Assembly (NCBI RefSeq): GCF_006345805.1 | Contig: NC_043005.1 | Location: forward strand, 40,920,001-40,984,000 | Source: Octopus sinensis | Lineage: Eukaryota | Length of the DNA: 64,000 nt | Direction: 5' to 3' | Position numbers and translations under genes: made by a program | The notes under the pieces: model-generated | Databases searched by the model: none | Told to the model about the DNA's origin: nothing | What the model saw: only the letters and a program-made list of their open reading frames with translations | In this document: one piece after another, positions 40,753 to 55,604 of the stretch | How the letters are laid out: every line of letters starts with the position of its first letter | Position numbering within the stretch: the stretch's first letter is position 1

Positions 40753-40985
40753 ATTTCTTTACTACCCACGTGGGGCTAAACACAGAGAGGACAAACAAGG
40801 ACAGACAAATGGATTAAGTTGATTATATCGACCTCAGTGTGTATCTGGTACTTATTTAATCGACCCTGAAAGGATGAAAGGCAAAGTTGACCTCGGCGGA
40901 ATTTGAACTCAGAACGTAACGGCAGATGAAATACCACTAAGCATTTCGCCCAGCGTGCTAACGTTTCTGCCAGCTCGCCGCCTTC
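40753..40985 (-). mobile_element. SINE family B with ~18-bp TSD
   Basis: TSD taca(a/c)aataaaaatagct at 40735-40752 and 40986-41003. Confidence 0.9.
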
Positions 40986-42056
40986 TACACAATAAAAATA
41001 GCTTTAAAGTATTAATCTTTCTGTAAACAGTTGATGGGTAAGTTTTCTTTGATGAAGACCAGGAACTCATAAAGTGGATTCTTTTAACATTCTTTTAATC
41101 ACAAATCTATACAGTGAGGTGCATCCATAATCAATTTGTTTCTTTTTTTTCCTAGTTCAGAACAGTGTCTGTCTGACATTCAGTTATCAAATGGATAATC
41201 ATTTAGCCAAATGGAGTTCTGTAATTCTTTTGTTTCACAGAACTCAAAAAAATATAGCTGCTCCATTCCATGAACTCTGATCATAACCACTCCAGTATCA
41301 CTATTTTGATTCTTACTGAAATAAAAATGTCAAAAATTCTTTTTATATGATAAGAAAAATTCTTTAAGTTCTACCTCATTGTTGTTTTAGAACTTCAGTT
41401 TTATTCCAGTGAGTTGTCTTGGGGTCATGGAACCTATCTAATTCTTCATTAATTACCAAAAAACATTGTATCTTTCATCTTCACTTCATTAATCATATTT
41501 TTTTATCCACATTTCTGCACAGAGAACAACTGCAACCCCCACATTTAATATCTTTCCAGCCAAGCAAGCTTGTACATATATAAACAATATCACTTCTAAT
41601 CACTTTAGTTGATGTACTTCCACATTGCATGTCTTAGACACAAATGTTCATATTCTGACATTTTTATTACAATCATCCCAGCTATAACTCAAGCAGCACC
41701 AACATTACTTCTTACTAACCCCAGTGGAACTAATTTTCTTCAACAAATCAGTATAAATATAGACACAAGATAACTGGAGAGCTTCTTTGAGGTTGTTTGA
41801 TCCGCTAGAAATAGCAACTAAATCTCTCTCAAAACACCCCTTAAAAATGTGAAGGACATATTAGATGATATTCCCATAACATCATGATGATCATGGTTGA
41901 AATGTCTTTGATTAAAGATTTTCTTAACCAGAATTAATCAAAGATTAAACAACAACAAAATATACCCATAAACATACAACTGAGTGCAAACAACAATATA
42001 TACATATACATATACATAGAAGTGTCAATTGTATACAAGTATCAATACACACACGC

Positions 42057-42106
<50 letters not shown>

Positions 42107-42989
42107 TATATATATATATGTATGTATATATATATACACATAAACTACTTTGTGCAACACCAATATTGTATGCATGTGTACACAAAAATACAAATTTAGA
42201 ATTCTGTAATCATATTCTCTTACTTTAGTTTTAGTTATTGCACTGTGTCCATGCTGGAGCACTGCTGTGAAGGGTTTAGTTGAACAAAACCTCAGTGTTT
42301 AAGTCAGGTACTTATTCTATCAGCCCTTTAGTCAAACCACTGAGTTACGGGGATGTAAACAAACCAATACTGGTTGTCAAGTGGAGGTGGAAGTACACAC
42401 ACACACACAAAATACACACATCATGGATTTCCCATGCAGTTTCACTCACAAAGCATTAGTTAACTGAGGGCTGCCATAGAAGACGCTTGCTCAAGAGGCT
42501 GTGCAGTGAGACTGAACTCAAAACTATTAGGTTGCAAAGCAAGTTTCATAATCCCAGTCATGACTGCTTCTAAATGTAACGGCATCTTGGAATAAAATCC
42601 AGCCATACAACATGGATGTTCTTTAAAACATTTTTGTTTCAAAGGACATTTGTATAACAACTGTACAAAGGACATCTGCATGACATTTCAAAAAAAAAAA
42701 ACAAGATGTCTTTTTTTTTTCAATATTTTTTCATTTCAATAGAAGACATTTTATACATGCTCTTCATCTCCATGAAATCTTTGTAAGCTGAGTTACTATT
42801 CGTTAAGAGCAACTAACGATTGACACATGATATATATATAAAGTCTGTGTGCTGTGTGTTTCTAATATTTCAGACAGGACTCTTCTTAAGAGAATTGAGA
42901 TATAGTAAGGAATATCTTTGCCTTGGAATTCAGGTTTAGGACTTCCTTCAGCTGGAAATTGACTCAGGCTCAATTGCGAGCTCATGAAT

Positions 42990-43206
42990 ATTGATTTCAA
43001 ATTTTTGCACAAGGCCAGCAAATTCGTGGGAGGGGATAAGTCGAACACATCAACTCCAGAGCTCAACTGGTACTCATTTTACTGACCCTGAAAGGATGAA
43101 AGGCAAAGTCAACCTCAGTGGAATTTGAACTCGGAACATAAAGACAGATGAAATGTCACCACCCATTTTGCCTGGTGTATTGACAACTCTGCCAGCATGC
43201 TGCCTT
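42990..43206 (-). mobile_element. SINE family B
   Basis: gaccctgaaaggatgaaaggcaaagtcaacctcagtggaatttgaactc on the plus strand. Confidence 0.8.
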
Positions 43207-43520
43207 CTGTGATCATAGATACTGAAATGAATTTTAACTTACACACAACTCCACCTCTCTCTCTTGTGTTCTCACCACATCTCTGTCTGTTTGTCCGTCT
43301 GTATTACTATCTCTCTTTCTCATCTTGATGTTGGTTTTATTAAGTATTAATCTCATTTAACAAGTGTACTACATTCTTGTAAATTCTTTTTTTCATTTCT
43401 TTCGCATTTGATCTTGACTTCAGGTCAGACATAAAATCTTTGATTAAATCTATTAGCCTTGAAATGAAGTGGATCAACTTTGCTACTTTACATATAAGAT
43501 AATCTTTAAAAATGGAAGCA

Positions 43521-43552
<32 letters not shown>

Positions 43553-43574
43553 CGCACACACACACACACACACA

Positions 43575-43641
<67 letters not shown>

Positions 43642-43645
43642 ATAT

Positions 43646-43678
<33 letters not shown>

Positions 43679-44128
43679 CAAGAATAAACAAATATATGAT
43701 AGAACAAAATAACTTGCAAGTGGCATGCTGATATCTCTAACATACGACATGTCATCTCACAAGAAGCAAAAAACTAATGCATAAAACAAAAGTACAAAGC
43801 AAAACAAAAAAAAAAACATTACAAAGAAAAGAACTGAATTAGTCATGAGAATTATAACCTAGTGATTTTAACAGTTCACACAGTAATTTAGCAATAAGCC
43901 AGGAAGTAATGAACTCGTGATATTTTGTAGAAAATTGTTTTATGCCGTCAATCTCTCATTCAGTTTCTTTTCTTATCATTGCATATATGATGCTTAACAT
44001 CACGATTTCATGACCAAGATAGCATCAGTCCACAATTTTATATTACCTCATAACCATCATACCAGACAGGTGCCACTCAGTCAGTATATATACATACATC
44101 ATCATCATCATCATCATCGTTTAGCGTC

Positions 44129-44160
<32 letters not shown>

Positions 44161-44593
44161 GCTGTATGTTTCTTGTATACTAAACATAACACATAGTCAT
44201 ATAGGTATTTATGTGTTTATGAGTTATCTATTTTTGTTGTTTATGTAAATATTTCTGGATATATATATGAGTAGTTATAGAATATCATTATCAACTAATC
44301 TATCTCTTTGTCTATCTATATATCAATACTTACCGATATATATATATATGTGTGTGGAGTGTATAGGATATGAATGTTTATCGAATGTCGATGTTTATAA
44401 TCCTGTATAATTTCTTAAATTATCAACTGAAGAAATCTTACTCTGGAAGTTTTTATAAACAAACAATTTTGAAAAATTTAATAACAGCATAGATGATGCA
44501 GATATGTCTTCTTCTCTTTATTCAATGATTGCTCCTGATCTAGGAACGTTATCGTATATTTTCAGTAGGTATCGTCATCATCATCACCACCAC

Positions 44594-44627
<34 letters not shown>

Positions 44628-45869
44628 GTTTAACGTCTGTTTTCCATGCTGGCATGGGTTGGACGATTTGACTGAGGACTGGCGAACCAGATGGCTGCAC
44701 CAGGCTCCAATCTGATCTGACAAATTATATAATTTGCTGAATCTCAGTGTCTCAATGGCAAGAAACAATAAGTAGATCTGATTTTGAATATATTGTGTAC
44801 ATGACATGATACACGCACATACACACACACAGGTAGAAGTTCAATTTTCTGAAAGCTTTGGCACTAAAACTATTCCAGGTTACTGGTTATTCCAAACCAG
44901 GGGAGGTCACTGACCTTGGTCAACATACTCTAAATTAAACAAATATTAAATTTATTTTAATAATTAAATGAAATACAGGTACCTGTACATTAGTGTAAAT
45001 CATATAAGTTTATTAATACTGTACTTATTAATTACTGATAATGACACAGTATTTCATTTTGCAACATTAATGTACCACCAAGTATATTAGAAGGTTTACA
45101 AGTCAATACTGTGTCTTACTTTTTGTGTTAGCAGTGCAATGTTCTCACTTTAAGTTTATCTCCATAGATTTTCTATAGAATTCAGAGCTAGCATTGCAAG
45201 TTATAATGTTTTGTATAGAAATATGAATACATCTATGTAAACAATGTCAAAGATAGAAAAAAATAGGTGATGAGTGTATATGCATATTTCAAGAGTCATT
45301 GCTCTTTTGTCAGTACCACACCCAAAACATTAACTATCCACGAACACATTGCTTAAATGCTCACTAAGTTTAGTGGTGAAATGTTGTGACTTGCAGTTCT
45401 AGCTCTGGATTCAATAGAAAATCTTTGAAGATAAACTTAAAAGTAATACTTATCTGTGCAGAGTAGTAGTCTGTGCATGGTAGCAGTAAACTAGTCTGGC
45501 AGCCACAGGAATTTGAAGTTCCTGTTCATAAATTAGTGAAATTATAAGAGGTTCCAGACCATCAGTGTCTTGAAAGTTGGTACCATTTAGTCAGTAAAGA
45601 TATGCAGTATAGTTCCTTGTATATTAAAGTTGGTATATACTTCTACAGGTATTTGACAACTGGTGTATGTTTGTTTATATCCATGTAACTTAGTGGTTTA
45701 GCAAAAACACTGATAAAATAAGTACTAAGCTTGATAAAAAAATTCTGGAGTCGATTTGTCTTACTAAAATCCTTCAAGGTGATGCCCCTCCATGACCAAA
45801 CTAATATGACTGAAAGAAGTAAAAGAGAAAAATTAAAGAAAATATATGCATAACATTTGACAAAATAAT

Positions 45870-46280
45870 CTTTTCTACTCTAGGCACAAGGCCCAAATTT
45901 TTGAGGGAGAGTGCCAGTCGATTAGATTGATCTCAGTATGCAACTGGTACGTAATTTATCGCCCCCGAAAGGATGAAAAGCAAAGTCGACCTCGGTGGAA
46001 TTTGAACTCAGAACATAAAGACATGAAATATCACTAAGCATTTCGCCCATTGTGCTAACGTTTCCGTCAGCTCACCACCTTTTTAAAATATTGTTTTCAG
46101 CCATGAAACTCGAAGTGGATAAAGCTACAAATAATGTTTTCTACTATAGGCACAAGGCCTGAAATTTTGTGGGAAGGGAAATAAGTTGATTACTTCGACT
46201 CCAGTGCTCGCCTGGTGCTTATTTTAAAGATCCCGAAAGCATGAAAGGCAAAGTCGGCATCAGCGGAATTTAAACTCAGC
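45870..46280 (-). mobile_element. Two adjacent SINE family B copies (45870-46080; partial 46135-46280)
   Basis: Homology to family B. Confidence 0.8.
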
Positions 46281-46809
46281 ATTAGTATTAACAAGTAATG
46301 AACAATAATTCATCTAATTTTTCAAGCCAGTACCTCCTGACCAGCTGCAGCTCTCATTGCATAGCGGTGCTATTGATGCTCCACCTGTTTTTGACTCAGT
46401 CTCTCTTCAGTTGTCTCAGATTTCTATAAGTGGAGCACAGGGACCAGTGCAGCATTATATCTCTACCAATTCATAACAAATTAACACTTCTACCTCCATG
46501 TCCTCTACATCAAAGTCATCAGTCATAGATCAGAAACAACAATTTACAGTATTATGATTTTATTTTTTACATAGTTTACTGTCAATAAAATTGTAAGATA
46601 TGTATTTGTATTTTATACTTTAGCTATCTGATGTTTATAATATTTTCTGTTATTTTATTACTATCGTGTTCATTTATTGTTTATATATTTCCAAGACAAT
46701 TGTTTAAACTAAATGACCTTTCCACTTAAGGAAGGTTCATTACATGTGTGCATGTATGTGTGTGTGTGCATGTGTGTGTGTGTGAGAGAGAGTGTGTGTG
46801 TAGAGAGAG

Positions 46810-46858
<49 letters not shown>

Positions 46859-47019
46859 CATACATACATACATACATACATACATACATCCATACATGTA
46901 TATACATACATACATATTTACATGTAATGCATGCACACACACTATTAGTGTGTATAAGTGTATTATATATATATAGATCAATAAATGGTGGGGTTGTGTT
47001 GACCGCACGTGGAGAAATG

Positions 47020-47198
47020 ATAAGTAAGGAAAAATTTTTAAAAATGCAGAATGCTCAAATGAAAGAAAATTTAATAAAATGAATAAAATGATAAAATATA
47101 TAATATATTTATATATATATATTTTATCATTTTCTCATTTTATAAAATTTTCTTTCATTTGAGCATTCTGCATTTTAAAAAAATTTTTCCTTACTTAT
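47020..47198. repeat. AT-rich palindrome centred on a TA-rich spacer
   Basis: ataagtaaggaaaaatttttaaaaatgcagaatgctcaaatgaaag vs ctttcatttgagcattctgcattttaaaaaaatttttccttacttat. Confidence 0.85.
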
Positions 47199-47246
47199 AT
47201 ATATATATATATATATGTACATGAATGTATGTGTACATTATATACA

Positions 47247-47647
47247 TTACTCTTTTACTCTTTTAATTGTTTCAGTCATTTGACTGCGGCCATGCTGGAG
47301 CACCGCCTTTAGTCGAGCAAATCGACCCCGGGACTTATTCTTTGTAAGCCCAGTACTTATTCTCTCGGTCTCTTTTTGCCGAACTGCTAAGTGACGGGGA
47401 CATAAACACACCAGCATCGGTTGTCAAGCAATGCTAGGAGGACAGACACAGACATACAAACACGCACACATATATATATATATACATATATACGACGGGC
47501 TTCTTTCAGTTTCCGTCTACCAAATCCACTCACAAGGCTTTGGTCAGCCCGAGGCTATAGTAGAAGACACTTGCCCAAGGTGCCACGCAGTGGGACTGAA
47601 CCCGGAACCATGTGGTTGGTAGGCAAGCTACTTACCACACAGCCACT
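47247..47647 (-). mobile_element. SINE family A
   Basis: Near-identical to 59025-59424. Confidence 0.9.
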
Positions 47648-48114
47648 ACACACATATATATATATACACACATATATATATACATATACATATATATATA
47701 TATCTGTGTGTGTATGTGCGTGCATGTGTGAGTGTGTATGTAACCCCTTTCACCAAACACACCGCCCTTACTGTACTGATTAGTCTCTATCTACTCCCAT
47801 GCATCTGCCATTCTTATTTTCCTTCGAACTGTAGTATATTATTCCAACTCAATCCTAATTCATTCTCTGTTCAGAAATGGAACTATCGCATTCCATTATC
47901 CTTTGTCATGGATTATCATCAAATCTCCACCTACGGAACTGCTAATGGACTTTATCTTTTACCTATAACTCTATTTATTCTTTGATCATAGAACTACCAA
48001 ACACATATACCTTTCATTCTGGTCTTTCCTTCATTTCTCGATGAGCTGGAAAGTAGTAATATCCTCAATTCAGGATATTCTTCATTTCTATATTTTCTTA
48101 CTTCTCTTTCTCTC

Positions 48115-48172
48115 TCTCTCCAATGATGGAATACTTAGCTTATGTGGCTATTTTAGAAACAGCTGTAAGAGA
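48115..48172 (+). ncRNA. Decayed hammerhead motif (family H6; core CCAAUGA)
   Basis: TCTCT CCAATGA TGGAATA...TATTTTA GAAACAGCTGTA AGAGA: all three stems pair, stem III is the palindrome ACAGCUGU; the core could be CCGATGA after CpG decay. Confidence 0.5.
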
Positions 48173-48473
48173 TTTTACCTGTTCATAATAATTACTCCAC
48201 ACTATGTTTATATTCTATATTTAAATCAAACTGGAGTCTGATGCAGCTCTCCAGCTTGCCAACTCTGGTCAGACCATCCAACCCATGCCAGCATGGACAA
48301 CAGATGTTAAATGATAATGATGATGATGATGATGATGAAATTAAATGTTCTTTAAGTGATGCCAAATGTTTTACTTTTCCATTTTCTATTTTAATCTCTT
48401 TCTCTGTTTTCTCTCTCTTTTTCTCTGTCTTCTCTCTCTCCTCTCCCTCTCTTCTCTCTCTCTCACTGTTCAA

Positions 48474-49780
48474 TATTTATCAGCTATTGGCTGAAATTCA
48501 CACTGACATTCAGGCAACACTAAGCTGGCAAGGTCCTCATTTAATCTATTTAAGATAACCCTTCCAAAGATCTTCCCAGCAATACACAAAAGGGAGGTAC
48601 CTCTTTGGTTGTCAGATTCACGTTTGTTACCTTTGTGCTTATTAAGATGGAAAATAGAAGCATCTTTGAACTCCTGTGGGACTGATCCTGATTCACATAA
48701 CTTGTTCAGCAGGAGACTGCTACCACATTTATATATCTCGCCTGGTATGTCATCGTTCCCAGATGACTTACCATTCGTGAGCTGTTTCATGGCCTTTTTT
48801 TATTTCAGCATTTGATGGAGTAACTGACAGTTCTTCAGGGACAGCCTTTGTGGTAGGTTGATGATCAGTTCTTCATCAACAATTGAGTCCATATTCAGAA
48901 CATTTGAAAAGTGCTCTGCCCAGCACTTTGTGATCTCCTTTTTATGTCAGAAGATTACTCTCAGTTGAAAGTATGGGAGTTGAGCCACCAGGCACAGGTC
49001 CAAAAACACCCTTTAAATTCTGGTAGAATGGCCTGGAGTTACATCTGTTGGCAGCATCTTGCAATTCTTGTGTCTTCCTTTCCCACCATATCTGTTTCAT
49101 TTACCTCAGTTGAGATTGACATGTATTTCTAGCCTTTTTAAACTCATTGTATTTTGTGGTATTATTTCTATTTGACATCCATTGAGAGAGGCTCTCTTCT
49201 GCATATTGTCCAAAAGAGGATAGATATTTGGATCATTTGAGTCAAACCAATCTTGGTGCTTCCTTTTAACATATCCAAATGTTTTGCAAGATGACTCAAA
49301 TACAGCATTTTTAAAAGCAGAAACCATTGATTCCAAATCTGTGTTGTCTGAGATGCTAGCAAGTTTGTTGTCACAGGTTATTTGAAATTAAGTAAATTGT
49401 CATTGTTTCTCAGCTTTGTCAGATCCACTTTTCGTATTGGTTGAGTGAAATTCACCTTTGATCATATCAGTCTATGGTCAGACCAGCACAACCCAATGGA
49501 GAAAGCTCGTGCTGCTTGGACATCTTCCCTTATGGAAGACTCCACAATTATGTAATCAATGAGGTGATAATGGTTTGATCAGGGATGCTTCCAGATAGTT
49601 TTGTGGTGGTTGGGGAGTTGGAAAATAGTTTTGGTAATCAACAGTCCATATCCACTGCAAAGTGATAGCAGCAGATGACCATTTGAGTCTGCCTTGTCAA
49701 CCCCATGCTTCCCTATTATGTCATCCAATATGGATGTACCACAACCTACACGTGCATTGAAATCACCAAGGAGGAGAAAT
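48474..49780 (-). mobile_element. Decayed RTE-clade LINE (APE domain to start of RT)
   Basis: Minus frames: LLLGDFNARVG...GKHGVDKADSNGHLLL...HLIDYII (AP endonuclease); KRKHQDWFDSND; KSSGNDDIPGEIYK...VPQEFKDASI..KGNK..GTSLLCIAGKIFGRVILNRL (RT N-terminus); multiple stops and frameshifts. Confidence 0.88.
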
Positions 49781-49870
49781 CTATATATAAATATTTGTAT
49801 ATAAATACAAAAAAAATAAAACGAAGTGAAATATATGAGATTTAAGAATATAAATAAGATATATAAAGCA

Positions 49871-49933
<63 letters not shown>

Positions 49934-50208
49934 ACAACACATTTTGTTCAATGACCGTTGACTATTTATGAGTTCATCTGCCCTTTGACAGGTTTTGCTT
50001 TTTGTCCTGCAGAATGCCCAACAAACACCCTCCTCACCAAGCAAGCTCAGTGGGGTTGCCAGTTTAGTTGCCAATGACCTGACCATTTTACATATTGTAC
50101 TGGGTTACATGTTACCAGTAGTGCTCATTTATATATATATATATGTATATATATGTATATGTGTGTATGTATATATATATATATATATATACATACACAC
50201 AAACATGC

Positions 50209-50251
<43 letters not shown>

Positions 50252-51749
50252 TATATATACATATACAAATATATACTTTATATATATACATATATACATA
50301 TGTTATTTAGAGATAGCAGTCCCCATCATTACACCATATAAAAGAATTTTAATTTAATACTTGCTACTCATTTCTAAATCTCTGCTACACATGTTTCTTG
50401 AGTCCGTTGTATATATATATATGTATGTATATATATATTTGTGTGTCTGTGTTTGTCTCCACCACCATCGCTTGACAACTGATGTTGGTGTGTTTACATC
50501 CCCATAACTTAGCTGTTCAGCAAAAGAGACCGATATGATAAGTACTAGGCTTACAAAGAATAAGTCCTGGGGTTGATTTGTTTGACTAAAGGTGGTGCTC
50601 CAGCATGGCTGCTGTCAAATGACTGAAACAACTAAAAGAATAAAAGAATAACAGAACATATATATATATATATATATATATACATACACATAAACACACA
50701 CAAATATTATAGATATATTAATATGTGTGTGTGTGTGTGTGGTGTGTGTGTGTGCGCGCGTGTTTTTTGAAGATGTACCATATATTATTACGTTTCCAAG
50801 TAGGTTAACCTTTATACATACAAACTGAAGTCTGGCTCTTACAGATGAGAGGCTCTTATTTCTTTTCATTTCATTGTTCTCAGAAGACCGCTTGGAGGCA
50901 ATATCCTATTCCACTAATACAAATTCCAAACTGAAGGATCTCTCTTGTCCCTCTTCTCTCCCTTCCTTCATAAATACATACATCAGACAGGCAGAGTGAC
51001 AGACATACATAGAAACCTTTATACAAGCATACATATAAACATATATAAATATAAAAATCTGTCTCTTTACATAAGCAGACTAATTTTCCCTGTTAAACTC
51101 CCAAGTTATATAAAAAGAACATGTGATTAGCAATAGTGCAGTGATTATTTTGATTCTTGTTAGAATTCTCATCAAAATTCCATAAGTTGTTTACACCTTA
51201 ATAAGATCGCATGTGACCTCAGTTATATCAACTCTGTTAAAGAATAAAGTTTCTAGCATCAATCAATCAATCAATCTCGTGATCTTTCACTCGCACATCA
51301 CATGCTCTGCTTCTTTTACTTGATTCCTTTATTTTTTAACACCGAAATACTTCTGCAACCAGACTAAGTGTACAACACAACATCTGATTTAATGAAATTT
51401 TGGCCATATTCTTTTACAGAACATTTATTAATGCATATGAAAATATAATATATTTATTCATTTATATGCTGAATGTGTGATGGGGCTTATGTGTGAAGCA
51501 GAGAATAAAATAGGTGAACATTTAAGAAATCAGATGATGAGTTGGTCTGAAAGAGTGTTGCGCTGATATATTACATAGATTTGGGAATGTGAAATACATA
51601 GATGATATCGGCTGAGTGAAAGGTACCCAAACCGTATGAATGACAAAGAAGATGCTGTGAAAGTAAATCTTGCTATAAGTGTGTTGATATTAGATTATAC
51701 AACAAACCTATTGAATCTACATCAACATGGAAAGATGCAAGTGGTGAAG

Positions 51750-51936
51750 GTGGTTATGATGATGTTGATGAAAATGCTACTTCTGCTGCTGCTGTTGCTG
51801 ATAATGATGATGATGTTGGTGGTGGTTATAGTAGGGAATGAAGAGATGGTAGTGGCAGCAGTGGTAGCGGTGGTGGTTGGTGATGATGATGATGATAATA
51901 ACAATGATTCTTCTTCTTCTTCTTCTTCTTCTTCTT

Positions 51937-52012
<76 letters not shown>

Positions 52013-52152
52013 TATTATTATTATCATTATCATTGTATTATTATTATTATCATTATTATTATTATTATTATTATCATTATCATTGTATTATTATTATTAT
52101 CATTATTATTATTATTATCATCATCATCATCATTACATCATTATTGTTGTTG

Positions 52153-52228
<76 letters not shown>

Positions 52229-52270
52229 AATGATGCTGATGGTCGTGGTGGTAATGGTGGTGGTGGGTTG
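51750..52270. repeat. Compound trinucleotide array (GAT/GGT/TCT/TAT/CAT)
   Basis: Directly visible. Confidence 0.95.
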
Positions 52271-52479
52271 ATATCAGAAACATCTTAATATATTCAAAGA
52301 TTTCAGTCTACATTAAAAAAAACCTTAACAAAAATTAAAACGAAAAAACAAAATAGAAAACACATGAAATGCAACTTAGTCTAATAAAGAAGAAAGAAAA
52401 ATATAATCCAGTTTTTTGTAATTGCAACACATTCCACAAATATTATTGAAGGCACCTGATTTCTTTTGATATAGCTTTG

Positions 52480-52792
52480 TTATTATCATCATCATCAATG
52501 TCAGCAGCACCATCAACATCATCATCAACATCATCATCATCATCATCATCATCATCATTGTCATCATTGTCCTTCTTCTTCGCCTTCTCCTCATTGTTGT
52601 CATTATCATCACCACCACCATCATCATCATCATTGTCATCACTGTCATCATCATCAATCATCATCATCATTATCATCATCATTATCATCACCACCGTCAT
52701 CACTATCATCATTATCATTGTCATCATCGTCATCATCATCATCATCATCACCACCACCACCACTGTCATCATCATCAACATTGTCATCGTTG

Positions 52793-52823
<31 letters not shown>

Positions 52824-52835
52824 CATCATCACCAC

Positions 52836-52869
<34 letters not shown>

Positions 52870-53220
52870 GTCGTCTTCATCATTATCATCACCACCAACA
52901 CCACCATCATCGTCGTTGTCATCATCATCATCATCATCATAATCATCACCATCATCAGCGTCACAACTACTACTTCTCTAGCTGCTGCCACTGCCATCCA
53001 CTATCACCACCACCATCACAACCACCACCACCACCACCACCACTGCCAATACCACAATCACCATCAACTCAACCATCACTATCATAATCATCATATCCAT
53101 CACCGACTCCATCCCCACTGCCTCCAGCAGCAGCAGCAGCAGCAGCAGCACCACCACCACCACCACCAACCACCACCACCACCACCTCCACCACTGCCAC
53201 CACCACCATCATTATCATAA
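52480..53220. repeat. Long compound (CAT/CAC/CAG)n array
   Basis: Directly visible. Confidence 0.95.
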
Positions 53221-53811
53221 TTTTATATGTTTCTTTTTCCATACTGAGACATCTTGGACATATTTACACAAACGCAGTGAGTGTCTAACTGGAGATTTTA
53301 CATCTAACGCATCTTACTCTTTGCTAAAACACTGTGATAGAATCAAGCTAGATGCATTTGTAGTAGTAGTAACATGAAAGATGTTTGTTTTTGATGCTTT
53401 AAAGACTTTTTATCCTAATATTTCTTTAGGAAGTACTGTTCTCTTCTATGAAAAAGTAGAACCTAACACTTCAGTAACAGAGATTTTTACTGTGCTAAAT
53501 TGCTAAATCACATTTTCCTAGCAAGAAGCAGATCACCCAGGTAGATGTTATTTTGGATTGAACACCAATCTGTCTCAAGTTATTTTCCCAGAAGATTTGG
53601 TAACTTATTCCATCATCATGTCTATGTTTGAGCTGAGCTAGCATAGTGTGTAGGTGGTTTGTCTCAGAAAAACTGTGAGGAGAAATAAGTCTCTTAGTAT
53701 TATATTTAGGTACCTCTGATGCAGCTAGACTTTTGCTTTCTGCGTTCTTAAGAAAGTCAGGAATCTAAATGTCAGGAATTTCTATGGCAGAGAATGGTCG
53801 CACAATATGAG

Positions 53812-53813
53812 CG

Positions 53814-53870
<57 letters not shown>

Positions 53871-54830
53871 ATGCACACTCACACACACACATGCATGCAT
53901 ACACTCCCACCCACACGAAGACACACATGTACACACAAATGCATGCACAGGCACACACATATACACAAATGCAAGTGAGCATACACACACACACACTTAC
54001 ATACATGCATGCACATACACACACCTGCACATACACATTCATACATACACACATATGCATGTGGATACATACACACACGCACAAATACACAGTCACAGGC
54101 ATACATATATTCACATTTCCATACACATGTACAAACATGCATGCACACATACATATATGCACACACTGACATACATGCATGCACATACACACACCTGCAC
54201 ATATGCATATATGCACATGCATGCACACACATAATACACAAATACACACTCACATGCATACATATATTCACATCTGCATACACTTGCAAATACACATGCA
54301 TGCACACACACAGACAAACGCTCATATACATGCATGCACAAACACATACATATCCATACATGCACATGCATATACATACATGCATACACACTCACATACA
54401 TGCATACTCATATGCACACCTGTACATACACAAACATACACACACATGTACATGCATGCACACATGCACACACATACACGCATACAAGCATATGCATACA
54501 CATACATGTATACACCTGTACATACACATGCATGGACACACACACACTCATACACATGCATACGCATACATGCACATACACATGCATACACATATATTCA
54601 CATGCATGCACACACACAATCACATACATGCATACACACATACACACAGGCATGCACATGTATACACACATGCATTCACATACATGCATGCACCTACATA
54701 TACATGCATGTACATGCACATGCACCACACACACTGACATGCATACACATACCCATGCATACACATACCCATGCATACACATGTACATACACATGCACCC
54801 CCACACCACCCACGCTACACAAACACCTAC
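53812..54830. repeat. ~1-kb degenerate alternating purine-pyrimidine (CA/TA/TG) array
   Basis: cacatgcatacac-type motifs throughout. Confidence 0.95.
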
Positions 54831-54967
54831 TCATATTTGCACGTATACGATATCTGATAAATTCGTTTTAAGCTTCTAGTTTATATGATATTTAAAAACA
54901 TTTTCCTAAAATTTCTTATTTTCTGTTTTTTTCCTGAGTTTTTCTGTCTTTAAATTATACAATCTTC

Positions 54968-55345
54968 ATTACCTCTGCCTTAGCGAAGGCGAAGGTATTG
55001 TTTTCAGTTGTCTTTGTTTGTTTGATTGTCTGTTTGTCCATGGACAAGATATCTCAAGAACTGCCTGAGGGATTCGGATGAAACTTTCAGGGATGTTTGG
55101 CCTCATGACTGGCACAAACTGATTAGAATTGGGGATTGATTTGGTACTGGACAAGGACTTTGGACCTTTTTCTGGTTTTTTTACTTAATTTTTGAGAGCA
55201 GCCAGGTTCATTTTAAGTATTCTCATTTGTGAGAGTAGTCGAGTTTTTTCCAGATATTCTCATTTTAAAAATCATCTCTGGCTAATCATTGAAAGGACGT
55301 TGGTGTTGCCTTGGCGAAGGTTTGCGCTCTCTGAGAGCTCTTGCT
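54968..55345 (+). mobile_element. Helentron-associated non-autonomous element (HINE/DINE-1-like)
   Basis: 5' ttacctctgcc with nearby ggcgaagg; (GTTT/GTCT) microsatellite; gaaactttcagggatg core; 3' ggcgaagg followed by a short hairpin (gcgctctctgagagc). Confidence 0.65.
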
Positions 55346-55604
55346 ATCATTAAATTGAAAATTATTGTGGAACTTGTATAATGATATCTGACAACATAAT
55401 AATGTGGGTAGACCATCTCTCTCACACACTGACTCGTCTCCATCTTTCTCTTTAATTCTCTCCCACCTTCCTTGTCTTACCGGAGTTGCCAAGTATCTTT
55501 TCTGTAGTAAGATGGTTATTCCTGTCTCTCCATTGAACTCCTACCTCTCACCTGGCATATGGCCATTTTTCTCAGTTCCCCTTCCTCTCTCAGCTGAGAG
55601 GTCC

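Noticed and set aside
41031-41037. 7-nt microexon candidate (cag|ttgatgg|gtaagt)
   Set aside because: Not frame-preserving, weak pyrimidine tract, and such a match is plausible by chance in 64 kb.
46321-46550. Protein-like frame FKPVPPDQLQLSLHSGAIDAPPVFDS...
   Set aside because: Internal stop, no clear splice sites and no recognisable family.
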